Notes under the pieces: generated by a model
Seen by the model: only the letters and a program-made list of their open reading frames with translations
What the model was told of the DNA's origin: nothing
Databases searched by the model: none
Source: an uncultured Clostridia bacterium
GTDB lineage: Bacteria > Bacillota > Clostridia > Christensenellales > Aristaeellaceae
Assembly (NCBI GenBank): GCA_937906775.1
Contig: CALCUD010000025.1
Span: 9,970-73,969, forward strand
DNA: 64,000 nt
Reading direction: 5' to 3'
Made by a program: the position numbers and the translations under genes
Shown: positions 9,685 to 19,474 of the stretch, piece after piece
Numbering within the stretch: the stretch's first letter is position 1
How the letters are laid out: the number at the start of each line of letters is the position of its first letter

Positions 9685-10139
9685 TACAGTTCCTCTTCAA
9701 AACGTTCCAGCTGAACGCCGGCCTCGTCAAACAGCTCCAGTGTAAACGGATCCGGATACCCTTCCCGGTAGATCACCCGGCGGATCCCGGAATTGATGAT
9801 CATCTTGCAGCACATGGAACACGGCTGATGCGTACAGTACAGCGTCGCCCCGTCTATGGAAACGCCGAGCTTCGCCGCCTGAACGATCGCGTTCTGTTCC
9901 GCGTGGACAGCATAGCAAGTTTCCATCCTTGTGCCGCTCGGAATGTTCAATCTGTCCCGAAGACATTCGCCCTTTTCCCGGCAGGTCCTGATCCCGGCGG
10001 GTGCGCCGTTATAGCCGGTGGTCATGATCCGTTTGTCCTTGATGATGACGCATCCTATGCTCCGCCCCGCGCGGAAGCAGCTGGACCACTCCGCGATCGT
10101 GTACGCCATTTTCATAAAGCGGTGATCCCACTTATCCAT
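9684..10139 (-). CDS. dCMP deaminase family protein
   Basis: TGYNGAP, HAEQNA, PCSMC zinc motifs. Confidence 0.92.
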   Translation of the reverse strand: MDKWDHRFMKMAYTIAEWSSCFRAGRSIGCVIIKDKRIMTTGYNGAPAGIRTCREKGECLRDRLNIPSGTRMETCYAVHAEQNAIVQAAKLGVSIDGATLYCTHQPCSMCCKMIINSGIRRVIYREGYPDPFTLELFDEAGVQLERFEEEL

Positions 10140-10246
10140 GAATACTCCTCTTTTCAGTTCAATATGTGGATATTATTATACGATAAACGGTCAAAGAATT
10201 GCAACAGACACCCGGTTCATTTTCGCAATATTTGGTGCAAAAACAG

Positions 10247-10278
10247 AAAAAAACCCGCGGTATGCGGGTCCGCGGGTC
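10247..10278 (-). terminator. intrinsic terminator
   Basis: ACCCGCGG/CCGCGGGT stem with T-tract on the minus strand. Confidence 0.7.
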
Positions 10279-10750
10279 ATTCCCTGCCGTCATGGATCAC
10301 GATTTTCCGGACGCTGATCTTTCCGTTCCGGATCAGGATCTTCCCCATGCTCAGTTCGCCGCCAAACCGGCTGTATCCGCAGGAACCGGGATTCAGCCAA
10401 AGCCTTCCGTCCTCCGTTCTCTCCGTCCACCGGTGACTGTGGCCGAAAATAACGGCGTCCACTCCGGTCAGATCGCGCGGCGCGTCCCGCCGGTCATGGA
10501 CCATGACAAAGGTTTTACCGCCAATCTCAAACCGTAAAACGTCCCGCAGATCTCTCACGCCCGGAAGAAAGTCATTGTTACCCCGTACAGCATAAAGATT
10601 TCCGTATATGCGGAGTTCGTCAAGATCCGTTTCCTTTACAATATCCCCGGCGTGCAGAATATGGGTACAGTCCTGAATTTCTTCCACGACGCATCTTCTC
10701 AGCAGCCCGTGCGTATCAGAAAGAACAGCAATCCGGATCTCCCCGTCCAT
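10277..10750 (-). CDS. YfcE-type metallophosphoesterase
   Basis: SDTHG, HAGD, GNND, GHSH, NPGS; true start MDGEIR after GGAGG. Confidence 0.88.
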   Translation of the reverse strand: MDGEIRIAVLSDTHGLLRRCVVEEIQDCTHILHAGDIVKETDLDELRIYGNLYAVRGNNDFLPGVRDLRDVLRFEIGGKTFVMVHDRRDAPRDLTGVDAVIFGHSHRWTERTEDGRLWLNPGSCGYSRFGGELSMGKILIRNGKISVRKIVIHDGRE

Positions 10751-10772
10751 AGCGAACCCTCCCGACAGACAT

Positions 10773-10801
10773 AAAAAACCCGGAAGCGTGAAGCTTCCGG
10801 G
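10773..10801 (-). terminator. terminator of tRNA transcript
   Basis: CCCGGAAGC-TTCAC-GCTTCCGGG followed by TTTTTT. Confidence 0.85.
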
Positions 10802-10805
10802 AACG

Positions 10806-10879
10806 TGGCTCAAATAGGACTCGAACCTATGACACTCCGGGTATGAACCGAATGCTCTAGCCAACTGAGCTATTGAGCC
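10806..10879 (-). tRNA. tRNA-Met (CAT), probably elongator; CCA not encoded
   Basis: Cloverleaf GGCTCAA...TTGAGCCA, anticodon loop TTCATAC, T-loop GTTCGAGTC; Ile2 is not strictly excluded. Confidence 0.9.
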
Positions 10880-10882
10880 ACA

Positions 10883-10959
10883 TGGTTGCGGGGGAGGGAC
10901 TTGAACCCCCGACCTCCGGGTTATGAGCCCGACGAGCTGCCAAACTGCTCCACCCCGCG
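10883..10959 (-). tRNA. tRNA-fMet (CAT), initiator
   Basis: CGCGGGG...CCCGCAACCA with C1:A72 mismatch; GGG/CCC anticodon stem around CTCATAA. Confidence 0.95.
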
Positions 10960-10989
10960 ACACATCACCTTTGAGCGGCGACAGGAGAC

Positions 10990-11018
10990 AGTTTACATAA
11001 ATCCAGCCTTTTTGTCAA
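10990..11018 (-). promoter_or_regulatory. sigma-A promoter of tRNA pair
   Basis: TTGACA-17bp-TAAACT. Confidence 0.75.
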
Positions 11019-11021
11019 GCA

Positions 11022-11855
11022 TTATTTTTCATCCCGCGCTTTCAGAATTTCACCGGCCCGGTCGAACTGACCGTTCAGGCGGCATATATTCACTGTCCCA
11101 TCAGGACCGAATCCTGTCGCTTCAAAGGTAAACGTATCCGCATAGCCTGTCATTTTCACGAAATCATAAAAACGGTCAAAATCAATATGACCTTCCCCGG
11201 GAACCAATACCTTCAGATTGTTCCATTCCATATATCCGCCGCTGTAATCGTTGACATGATAATGCCGGATATGGTTTTCTTTCCACAGCCAGGCATATTC
11301 CGGCGCATACAGGAGATCCATCTGGCGGTGAAAATCCGCCATTTTGGTATCAAAGATAAAATGGATATCCGGATATTCCCGATACAGTTCCACCCAATGG
11401 TTCATCGGATCCCCTCGGCAGATCACGTTTTCTACCAGCAGATCGATCCCGTGACCGGCAGCGATCTGGCGCAGCAGGCCGAACGCCGCCAGATTATTTT
11501 CAAAATGCGAATCGGATATCACACCGTTCCAGAGGTGAAGTACCATTTTACGGGAGCCAAGATCACCGGCAAGATCACAGTTGATTTCAAAAAGGCGAAG
11601 CGCCTCTTTCAGATTGTCATCCCCGCCGGCGGTGATCCTCTCCGCCAGCGTCTTTTCGCAGTGGAAAACAGGGATGTTCAGTTGCAGTCCCTTCAGATAA
11701 TGCCGAAGAGTTTCCAGCTCCGGATACCATGTTTCATATAAAATGAACTCAAATCCGTCGCACCGGAGCAAAGGGGCGTATTTTTCCAGCAGACGGTAAT
11801 CCCGCCCGTTCGGCCGGCCGATCAGCGCTCCGGTGGAACAAAGTATCTCACTCAC
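11022..11855 (-). CDS. sugar phosphate isomerase/epimerase (TIM barrel)
   Basis: LLVEN, FDTKM, HYHVND, PGEGHIDF, TFE metal motifs. Confidence 0.8.
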   Translation of the reverse strand: MSEILCSTGALIGRPNGRDYRLLEKYAPLLRCDGFEFILYETWYPELETLRHYLKGLQLNIPVFHCEKTLAERITAGGDDNLKEALRLFEINCDLAGDLGSRKMVLHLWNGVISDSHFENNLAAFGLLRQIAAGHGIDLLVENVICRGDPMNHWVELYREYPDIHFIFDTKMADFHRQMDLLYAPEYAWLWKENHIRHYHVNDYSGGYMEWNNLKVLVPGEGHIDFDRFYDFVKMTGYADTFTFEATGFGPDGTVNICRLNGQFDRAGEILKARDEK

Positions 11856-12856
11856 TCGGCATTCACCTTTCCCAGCGTTTCTCCCATGATCAGGTTGCCG
11901 CTGACCGGAATCTGGCGCGGAATGTGCGTATCGGGGTTCTCGATGGCATCCTTCAGCAGTTCGACTGTTTTCTTTCCGATCTCATCGGCGTCCTGGCAGT
12001 AAGTTGTCAGGCGCGGATGCATGATCTGGGCCAGACGGATCCCGTCATACCCGATAAGGCTGATGTCCTCCGGAACGCGGAACCCTCGCGTTTCCAGCAA
12101 TCCCAGCGCGCCGAGGCAGCTGTAGTCGTCAGGACACAGAATACAGGTCGGCGGTTCCTCGCCTTCCATCAGTTCCATCACTGCCTGCGCGCACGCGACC
12201 GGATCGTGGAAGCGTGTCTCCTTGATATAATTGTTGCGGACGCGGAGTCCCAGTTCTGCGCAGATCTGATAATATCCTGCGCAGCGGTTTCTTGTCACGG
12301 CGCCTTCATCCCCGTGAATCAGAGCGATCCGGCGATGTCCCAGCTCGTAGGCCGCTTTTACGATCTGTTCCATGGAACGGTGATTATCGCTCATCACACA
12401 GTCGCATCCCTCATACTCATGATCAATGATCACGGTAGGGACATCGCTCGTTGCCAGCCGGATCACCTCAGCAGAATTGAAATCTGCCTGGATCACCACA
12501 ACGCCGTCAAGATTTCTCCGGCGGGTATGATCGTAATAGCGGCCCCGTTCCGCTCCCCGGCCGCTGCTGATGAAGGTCACATCATATCCGCAAACATCCG
12601 CCTCCCGGCGGATCGCGTCAATCAGAAGGCTGAAATATTCATGACTCATCCGGTCTTCATAAAGAATACCAATATTATTGGAGTGGCTGGTTTTCAGGGT
12701 GCGGGCTGCAGCGTTCGGATAATATCCCATGGAAACGGCAACTTCACGGATCCGGTCTGCGCGGCCGTGCGACCCCGCGGTCACCCCGTTCAGCGCGCGG
12801 CTCACCGTTGCCACCGAAACATTACATGCCTCCGCGATATCCTTCAGCTTGACCAA
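11852..12856 (-). CDS. LacI-family transcriptional regulator
   Basis: LKDIAEACNVSVATVSRALN, YYPNAAAR, VPEDISLIGYD; TTG start after AAGGAGG. Confidence 0.93.
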   Translation of the reverse strand: MVKLKDIAEACNVSVATVSRALNGVTAGSHGRADRIREVAVSMGYYPNAAARTLKTSHSNNIGILYEDRMSHEYFSLLIDAIRREADVCGYDVTFISSGRGAERGRYYDHTRRRNLDGVVVIQADFNSAEVIRLATSDVPTVIIDHEYEGCDCVMSDNHRSMEQIVKAAYELGHRRIALIHGDEGAVTRNRCAGYYQICAELGLRVRNNYIKETRFHDPVACAQAVMELMEGEEPPTCILCPDDYSCLGALGLLETRGFRVPEDISLIGYDGIRLAQIMHPRLTTYCQDADEIGKKTVELLKDAIENPDTHIPRQIPVSGNLIMGETLGKVNAE

Positions 12857-12888
12857 AACATTTCCTCCTTCATCGCAAAGCGAAAATG

Positions 12889-12957
12889 TGTAAACGTTTG
12901 TACTTTTGCAGTTTATACCCATTTTTTGCTGTTTGTCAAGGAATGCAAACGATTTCT
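12889..12957 (-). promoter_or_regulatory. promoter flanked by two LacI-type operators
   Basis: TTGACA at 12934-12939; TGTAAACGTTTGTA at 12889-12902 and TGCAAACGATTTCT at 12944-12957. Confidence 0.6.
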
Positions 12958-12966
12958 TGCGCAAGA

Positions 12967-12992
12967 AACGCGAAGCAATGTTGCTTCGCGTT
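12967..12992 (-). terminator. hairpin/terminator after ABC exporter pair
   Basis: AACGCGAAGCAA-TG-TTGCTTCGCGTT inverted repeat. Confidence 0.65.
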
Positions 12993-13004
12993 ATATCCGG
13001 CATA

Positions 13005-14807
13005 TCAGGCAGTCATTCCCTGCTCCCGCGCCTGGGCGGTATACAGCTCATAATAGGCGCCCTTTTTCGCCATCAGTTCATCATGCGTCCCCATCTCCCT
13101 GATCCCCTTATCGGAAATATACAGGATCCGGTCACAGTTTTTGATGGTGGACAGCCGATGCGCGATGATAAAGCTCGTCCGGCCTTTCAGAAGATTGTTC
13201 AGGCCTTCCTGCAGCAGTCGTTCCGTCTTTGTATCGATGGAGGAAGTCGCTTCATCCAGGATCAGGATCCTTGGATCACTGAGCAGTGTCCGGGCGAAGG
13301 AAACCAGCTGACGCTGCCCCTGGGACAGGCTGGAACCGCGCTCATTGACCACCGTCCCGTATCCGTCCGGCATCTCCCGGATGAATTCGTCCGCACGCAC
13401 CACTTTCGCCGCTGCTTCCACCTCAGCGTCCGTGGCGTCCAGACGGCCGTACCGGATGTTTTCAGCCAGCGTTCCGGAGAAAATGAAGCTGTCCTGAAGC
13501 ATGATGCCCAGCTGAGTCCGGAGAGAATTGAGCGTAACGTCGGCAATGTCATGGCTCGTTCCGTCCGTACAGTGCAGAACGATCTTTCCGCTGTTCAGGT
13601 TGTAGAACCGGCAAAGCAGATTGATAATCGTACTTTTCCCGGCGCCGGTCGGGCCGACCAGCGCGATGCTTTCGCCCTCGCGGACATGGAGGTCCACGTC
13701 CTTCAGAACGGTCTGACCTTCTTCATATCCGAAGGTCACGCCCTCATAATCCACCCGGCCGTCAATAGGCGGAAGGATCTCGGCATTCTCCCTGTCATCC
13801 ACCGTCACCGGCTCATCCATCGTTTCGAAAATACGTTCCAGATACGCAAGGTTGTTCACAAAAGAATTATAGATATTCGCCAGATTTGTGATCGGCTGCC
13901 AGAAACGTCCGACATACTGGCCCATCGCCAGGATCACGCCGAAAGTAACCATTTTCCCGCCGGTCCAGTAAACCCCGGCGATATACAGGACCGTAAAAAC
14001 GATCTGGGTAATGATCTCGCTGGAAAGCCAGACGCTGTTGCTGATATAAATGGCTTTCATCCAGGCCTGGCGGCACGCGTCAGCCAACCGGTGCATGATC
14101 CCGATATTGACATCCTGCCGGGTAAAAGCCTGTGAAACCCGGACGCCGTCGATCGATTCGGCCAGATAGGCATTGTAGTTGGAGTTTTTATTCGACTGAT
14201 TTCTCCAGGCTTTCCGCTGACGGGGCTTCAGGAACCAGATCACCGCCGCGAAAACCGGGAGTCCGGCCACCACGACCAGAGTAAGCGTCTTATCTGTTGA
14301 CAGCATGAAGAACACGATGAGAACGATATTGATGATCTCGATCAGCGCGTTGATGATCCCGTTGGACAGAATATCCGATACGGAGTTCACATAATTGATC
14401 ACGCGAACCAGAATCTTCCCCGCCGGTCTTGAGTCGTAATAGCTGAAAGGCAGCTTTTGCAGATGCGCGAACAGATCCTTCCGGATATCGTAGATGATCT
14501 CCTGACTGGCATAGGCCATCAGGCGGGAACGGACAACGTTCAGAACGATCGATACGGACAGAATGCCCACAAACATCGCAGCTAGCTTGAGCAGCAGTGC
14601 CACATCCTTCGCCGGAACGACCTCGTCGATGACCTGTTGCGTGATCTTCGGAATGAACAGGCTCGCCACAGATGCCAGAACGCTCATAAAAAAGGAGATC
14701 AGCATCCGTTTTTTCTGCCGTTTGATATAAACAAAGGTGCGCTTCAGATGCTTTGAGTTAAATGGGGTTTCCAGATTCTCGTCAACGTCGAATTTATTCC
14801 GTGCCAT
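13005..14807 (-). CDS. ABC exporter, fused permease/ATPase subunit
   Basis: GPTGAGKST, LSQGQRQ, ILILDEATS, IIAHR; start MARNKF overlaps upstream stop. Confidence 0.92.
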   Translation of the reverse strand: MARNKFDVDENLETPFNSKHLKRTFVYIKRQKKRMLISFFMSVLASVASLFIPKITQQVIDEVVPAKDVALLLKLAAMFVGILSVSIVLNVVRSRLMAYASQEIIYDIRKDLFAHLQKLPFSYYDSRPAGKILVRVINYVNSVSDILSNGIINALIEIINIVLIVFFMLSTDKTLTLVVVAGLPVFAAVIWFLKPRQRKAWRNQSNKNSNYNAYLAESIDGVRVSQAFTRQDVNIGIMHRLADACRQAWMKAIYISNSVWLSSEIITQIVFTVLYIAGVYWTGGKMVTFGVILAMGQYVGRFWQPITNLANIYNSFVNNLAYLERIFETMDEPVTVDDRENAEILPPIDGRVDYEGVTFGYEEGQTVLKDVDLHVREGESIALVGPTGAGKSTIINLLCRFYNLNSGKIVLHCTDGTSHDIADVTLNSLRTQLGIMLQDSFIFSGTLAENIRYGRLDATDAEVEAAAKVVRADEFIREMPDGYGTVVNERGSSLSQGQRQLVSFARTLLSDPRILILDEATSSIDTKTERLLQEGLNNLLKGRTSFIIAHRLSTIKNCDRILYISDKGIREMGTHDELMAKKGAYYELYTAQAREQGMTA

Positions 14808-16558
14808 TACGCGCTCACCTCCCCGTCCGGAGAAACGCCGTTCTGCAGGCACCATGTTTCATAATAGTAACCCTTCCGGGCCAGCAGTTCATCATGCTTT
14901 CCGGATTCGATGACCTCGCCGTCCTTCAGGATCAGGATCTGATCCGCGTCCTTAACGGAAGAGATCCGCTGTGCGATGATGATCTTTGTACAGTCGTAAG
15001 GCAGTTTCCGCAGCTGATCCTGGATATACATTTCTGTTTCCATGTCAACGGCGGATGTTGTGTCATCCATGATCAGGATCCCGGGCTTCATAGCCAGCGC
15101 ACGGGCCAGCGCGAGGCGCTGCCGCTGTCCGCCGGAGAGTCCGACGCCGCGTTCGCCCACGATCGTATTATACTGTTCCGGAAGTTCCCGGACAAACTCA
15201 TCCGCGTCGGCGCGGACGGCATAATCCTTTACTTCGTCCTCCGTCAGTTCCTGATTGCCGAAAGCGATATTCCCGTCAACCGTATCCGAAAACAGGAATA
15301 CATCCTGGATAGCCGTTCCGATCCCGTGGCGGAGCTGCTGCAGTTTCCATTTTTTGATATTACAGTCATCGACCCGGATCTCGCCGCCCGTAACATCGTA
15401 AAGACGGGCCAGCAGCTGGATCACCGTTGTTTTGCCCGATCCGGTCGGACCCATGATCGCTAACGTCTTTCCCGGTTCGACCTCAAAGCTGACATCCTTC
15501 AGGACCGGCTGACGATCATAGCTGAAGGAAACATGATCAAAGGTCACCTTCCCGGTCACACCCGCGTGATCCTCGGCGTCCTTCGCGTCCGTGATCATCG
15601 GTTTGGCCATGTCGATCTGCATGACTTTTTCCGCGCAGGTGGAAAATCTCTGCCAGTCGTTCAGCAGATTGCCCAGATTGCGCATGGGGTTGCTCATCGC
15701 CCAGCTGAGGCTGGTAAAGATACTCAGACCGCCCGCTGTCAGTTCACCCTTGATCATGAAATATCCGCCCAGGAACACAGTAATCAGCGTCATCGTATTG
15801 GCCATGATCTCGATCAGCGGATAGAACCGGAGCCATCTGGCGTTGATGGTCAGATGAGCCTGCTTAAACGCGGAAGAACGCTCGTCGAAACGTTCCTCTT
15901 CGTACTGTTGGCGGCTGAAGGCTTTGACCACGCGGTTGCCGTAGATATTCTCCTGCGCGCGGGCGTTCATTTCGCTCTGACGGTCGCGCATATCCATAAA
16001 GCAGCGGCGGATCCGTTTGGAATAAAATTTGGTCATGATCATCAGCAGCGGCGTCACGCATACGAGCGTCAGCGCCATCTTCCAGTTGACAAAGAAAAAA
16101 TAAACGGACGTGGAAAGAAACATGACCACGCTGTCCACGATCTGATAATCAATATAAGACAGGAAGTGACGGCACCAGTCCACATCGGAACTGCAGCGTG
16201 TCATCAGATCGCCCGTACGGTTTCTGTCAAAGAAGCGCATATCCTGATACTGCAGGCGCGTAAAAAGCCGGGTGCGCAGATTGTTGAGCACATTCTGGCT
16301 GGATTTCTCCAGCGTGATCACCATCAGATAACGCATACCTTCCCGGACGATCTTGAAAATCAGCATAGCCATCAGGATTCCGATCAGCGGATCGGGATTC
16401 TGCGCCACGATGACCTCATCGATCAGCCGCGCGGTCAGGGTAGGATTGATCAGCAGCATCACGGATGTCACGCCGCTGATGGTCAGCGCAAGAATATGCG
16501 GAATATGGTATTTCTTATCCATCAGGGACCAGATCCACTTTACCTGGTTCATTTTCAT
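14807..16558 (-). CDS. ABC exporter, fused permease/ATPase subunit (degenerate site of heterodimer)
   Basis: GPTGSGKT, LSGGQ, Walker B ILIMDD (D for E), switch IAQR (Q for H). Confidence 0.92.
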   Translation of the reverse strand: MKMNQVKWIWSLMDKKYHIPHILALTISGVTSVMLLINPTLTARLIDEVIVAQNPDPLIGILMAMLIFKIVREGMRYLMVITLEKSSQNVLNNLRTRLFTRLQYQDMRFFDRNRTGDLMTRCSSDVDWCRHFLSYIDYQIVDSVVMFLSTSVYFFFVNWKMALTLVCVTPLLMIMTKFYSKRIRRCFMDMRDRQSEMNARAQENIYGNRVVKAFSRQQYEEERFDERSSAFKQAHLTINARWLRFYPLIEIMANTMTLITVFLGGYFMIKGELTAGGLSIFTSLSWAMSNPMRNLGNLLNDWQRFSTCAEKVMQIDMAKPMITDAKDAEDHAGVTGKVTFDHVSFSYDRQPVLKDVSFEVEPGKTLAIMGPTGSGKTTVIQLLARLYDVTGGEIRVDDCNIKKWKLQQLRHGIGTAIQDVFLFSDTVDGNIAFGNQELTEDEVKDYAVRADADEFVRELPEQYNTIVGERGVGLSGGQRQRLALARALAMKPGILIMDDTTSAVDMETEMYIQDQLRKLPYDCTKIIIAQRISSVKDADQILILKDGEVIESGKHDELLARKGYYYETWCLQNGVSPDGEVSA

Positions 16559-16656
16559 CCTCCGGAATACACGATATTACCCGTGGATTATAGCACCCGG
16601 CATTTGGTTCTTCAATTGTAAAAAGCAATGTTTTTTTGTTATATCCAGGTCATATG

Positions 16657-19461
16657 TCAGATTCGGTATTTCTTTATAAAGTCTTCCGGAAGCAGAGGCT
16701 TATCATAGTAATAACCTTGTACAAGAACGTCGCCGAAATTGCGGACGAAGGAAAGCGTCTGCTCATCCTCCACGCCTTCAAAGCAGATATGGGTACGGGT
16801 ATTCCGGACGCTTTCACACAGAGCCTTCGTGTAAATGATGCGGTTGGGATTTCCCGGCAGATCGGTTACAAAATTGCGGTCCAGCTTGATCTCATCCACC
16901 GGCAGGCTCATCAGCAGATCAAGGGTGGAATAGCCGGTTCCCATATCGTCGAGCGCGACGCGGATGCCTTTTCCGCGCAGCAGGTCAACCTTGCGCTGAA
17001 GCAATTCTATATTCAGTTCCTTACAACGTTCTGTCAGTTCCAGGATCAGATTCTGCGGCGGATAATCCTCCTCCTGCAGAATCTTCAGGACCTTGCCTGA
17101 AAATCCGCGTTCCTGGATCTGGATCGCCGTGATATTGACGCTGACGCAGAAGTCCGGCCGTTTCGTAATCATCTGTTTTCCCATCCAGAGAGCCCACCGC
17201 AGAATATCCCAGCTCAACCGGATGTACGCCGGATCTGTTTCCAGCTGCTGGATGAATCTCCCCGGCTCGACCTCCGTGTTATCCGGATACTGCCAGCGCA
17301 GAAGCGCTTCCGCCGCCACCGCGTTGCCGGCATTGTCGATCATCGGCTGATAACGGAGGTAGAAGCGTTCCCGGTGATCCACCGCGTCCCTGAAAACCAT
17401 GGACAGCAGATCCAGTTTGCCGTCATTGTTCTCTGATCCGGAGGGCTGATAGAACATCAGTTCGGAAGCATTCATCTCTTTGGCTTCCTTCAGCGTATAG
17501 ATCAGCGCGACGCGCATATTGTAGCTGTCCGGGAATTCGTTGCCGGTATAGCAGACCGCGGCTCCGATCAGCCGGATCGGGACCAATGCGCTGCCTGTGT
17601 TGATCCCGGCCTCGCAGCGGCTGCGGATCCGGTTGAAGATGTTCCTCAGTTCATCCTGGTCCGTCGTCCGGAGAAGAACCGTGAAATCCGTACCGGCGTC
17701 GGAATAGGCTTTCCCGTCCAGGCCGAGTTCCTGCGTCAGGATATCCGCGAAGCGTTTGGCAGCAGTCGTTCCCGTAGTGTATCCGTAAACCGCGCGGATC
17801 TGTTCCAGATTGCCGTTGGCCAGTCTGATCACCGAGAACGGCATATGCTTTGACATATAATCCGAGATGACCCCTATGATGACATTGTAACCCGGCAAAC
17901 CGGTAATGGAATCGGTGGTCTCGTTTTTTCCGAGTGAAACCAGATAACCGGCAAAAATATCGGGTTCCCCGTCTTTTCCGCGGTAAAGGCCGCCTCGGCA
18001 GGAACAGGTGATATATTTTCCTTCCTTGTTCAACGCTCTGTAACGGCAGTAGTGATACTGTTTTGTTCCCTCCATGGCAGCGCTAACGTCATGAATGTAT
18101 TCTTCCCGGTCGTCCGGGTGGATCCGTTCGATCCAGATCTGACCGAAATCTGCGAAAAACTCTCCGCCGAGATCATACTCCTCGTTCCATCCGGTCGCGA
18201 TCCGGGTAACGCCGGTCTCCATATTGGTGAGGAACGGATAATACCGTTCACTGGAACAGCTCAGTGCGTCGAAGACCCGGTCCGTCAGTCCCGTCAGATT
18301 CAAAGCAGTTCCGAGTCCCATATGACTCATCGCATTGTCACGCTTCAGATCGGCCTTGTTGCTGAACATCATAAAATCCGCTACACGGAGCACATCGCGC
18401 AGGGATTTGTACTGGGCGTCCGAAACGGCGTAACCGAAGGCTACCACCGGCGTATAAGGGATATCTCCGTTTTTTTCCGCGCAGATCTCACGGGCACGGA
18501 CAATATCTTTCTTCACGGTCTTTTCATCCGTTCCGCGATAGATAGCCAGAAACTCGTCGCCGCCCATGCGATAGATCCCGATCGCGTTCTTCATTCCGTT
18601 GAGCAGAGCCACCGCGACCTTGCTGATATATTCATCTCCAACCGCATGTCCGTAAAGTCCGTTGACGGATTTCAGATTATTCAGATCGGCAAAAACAAAG
18701 ATATACGGCTTGGTCCGGTCTTTCAGAAAATCCTCTTCCAGTTTCGTGATATCCTCTTCGTAGCGGTTTCTGGACAGGACGCCCGTCATCGCGTCGATCT
18801 GCGCTTTGCGTTCCAGCGCCGCAGCAGGGTTTTCCAGTGCGAAAAAGAAACCTACGGATACAATGGTAATGGCGGCGCCTGTAAACAGGAGTTCCTTCCA
18901 GACCATCTGGGCCGCCTCGGCCAAGATCAGCAGGATCATCATCGGGAGCAGGGAGTATTTCAGATTCGAAGTCATCTGGTTCCAGTGGGTAAAAACCAGG
19001 AACAGCGCCAGCAGGAAATAGAGAAACGCGACGCCGTAACCTGCCACAGCCGCGGAACCGGCGCTGGACCAGGTTCCGTTGACCTGTTCATATTTGATTT
19101 CAAGAAACGGCAGCGCGCAAGCGTACAGGGCGACCGGGATCAGAAAGAAGATCCGGGCCTTCGCCGGTTTTCCGGTCCGGAAAAGTTTAATGACATACAG
19201 AAGAATTTCGTAGGAGAAAAAGATCGCTGAAAAGTAGAAGATCAGATGGCAGACGGTATTCAGCCATGCCGGGACCCGGTCCGTGTGGTTCACGGTCCAG
19301 ACGGTGATTACATCAAACACGGTATGGATCGTTGCGAACCGGATCAGGTGGTGGAAAGTCAGGGAGTCCTTCCCCAGATGATATTTCCGGGCCATCAAGG
19401 TCAGAAACAGCAGAATAATGAGACAGACTGCCTCTTCGCGCAGGATCAGTACCGGATACAT
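16657..19461 (-). CDS. membrane-anchored diguanylate cyclase/phosphodiesterase (multi-TM sensor, GGDEF, PAS-like, degenerate GGDEF, EAL)
   Basis: RMGGDEF; IHPDD; SDAGTDF; EALLRW, DDMGTGYS, EGVE, QGY. Confidence 0.9.
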   Translation of the reverse strand: MYPVLILREEAVCLIILLFLTLMARKYHLGKDSLTFHHLIRFATIHTVFDVITVWTVNHTDRVPAWLNTVCHLIFYFSAIFFSYEILLYVIKLFRTGKPAKARIFFLIPVALYACALPFLEIKYEQVNGTWSSAGSAAVAGYGVAFLYFLLALFLVFTHWNQMTSNLKYSLLPMMILLILAEAAQMVWKELLFTGAAITIVSVGFFFALENPAAALERKAQIDAMTGVLSRNRYEEDITKLEEDFLKDRTKPYIFVFADLNNLKSVNGLYGHAVGDEYISKVAVALLNGMKNAIGIYRMGGDEFLAIYRGTDEKTVKKDIVRAREICAEKNGDIPYTPVVAFGYAVSDAQYKSLRDVLRVADFMMFSNKADLKRDNAMSHMGLGTALNLTGLTDRVFDALSCSSERYYPFLTNMETGVTRIATGWNEEYDLGGEFFADFGQIWIERIHPDDREEYIHDVSAAMEGTKQYHYCRYRALNKEGKYITCSCRGGLYRGKDGEPDIFAGYLVSLGKNETTDSITGLPGYNVIIGVISDYMSKHMPFSVIRLANGNLEQIRAVYGYTTGTTAAKRFADILTQELGLDGKAYSDAGTDFTVLLRTTDQDELRNIFNRIRSRCEAGINTGSALVPIRLIGAAVCYTGNEFPDSYNMRVALIYTLKEAKEMNASELMFYQPSGSENNDGKLDLLSMVFRDAVDHRERFYLRYQPMIDNAGNAVAAEALLRWQYPDNTEVEPGRFIQQLETDPAYIRLSWDILRWALWMGKQMITKRPDFCVSVNITAIQIQERGFSGKVLKILQEEDYPPQNLILELTERCKELNIELLQRKVDLLRGKGIRVALDDMGTGYSTLDLLMSLPVDEIKLDRNFVTDLPGNPNRIIYTKALCESVRNTRTHICFEGVEDEQTLSFVRNFGDVLVQGYYYDKPLLPEDFIKKYRI

Positions 19462-19474
19462 GAAATCACTCCGT

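Noticed and set aside
10806..10959. tRNA-anchored genomic island
   Set aside because: No duplicated tRNA 3' end or integrase is visible in the window.
10751..10963. N-terminal extension of the 10277-10963 ORF
   Set aside because: It runs through two tRNA genes and a terminator; the real start is at 10750.
13005..16558. ABC exporter pair as exporter of the double-glycine peptide
   Set aside because: Neither subunit has an N-terminal C39 peptidase domain.
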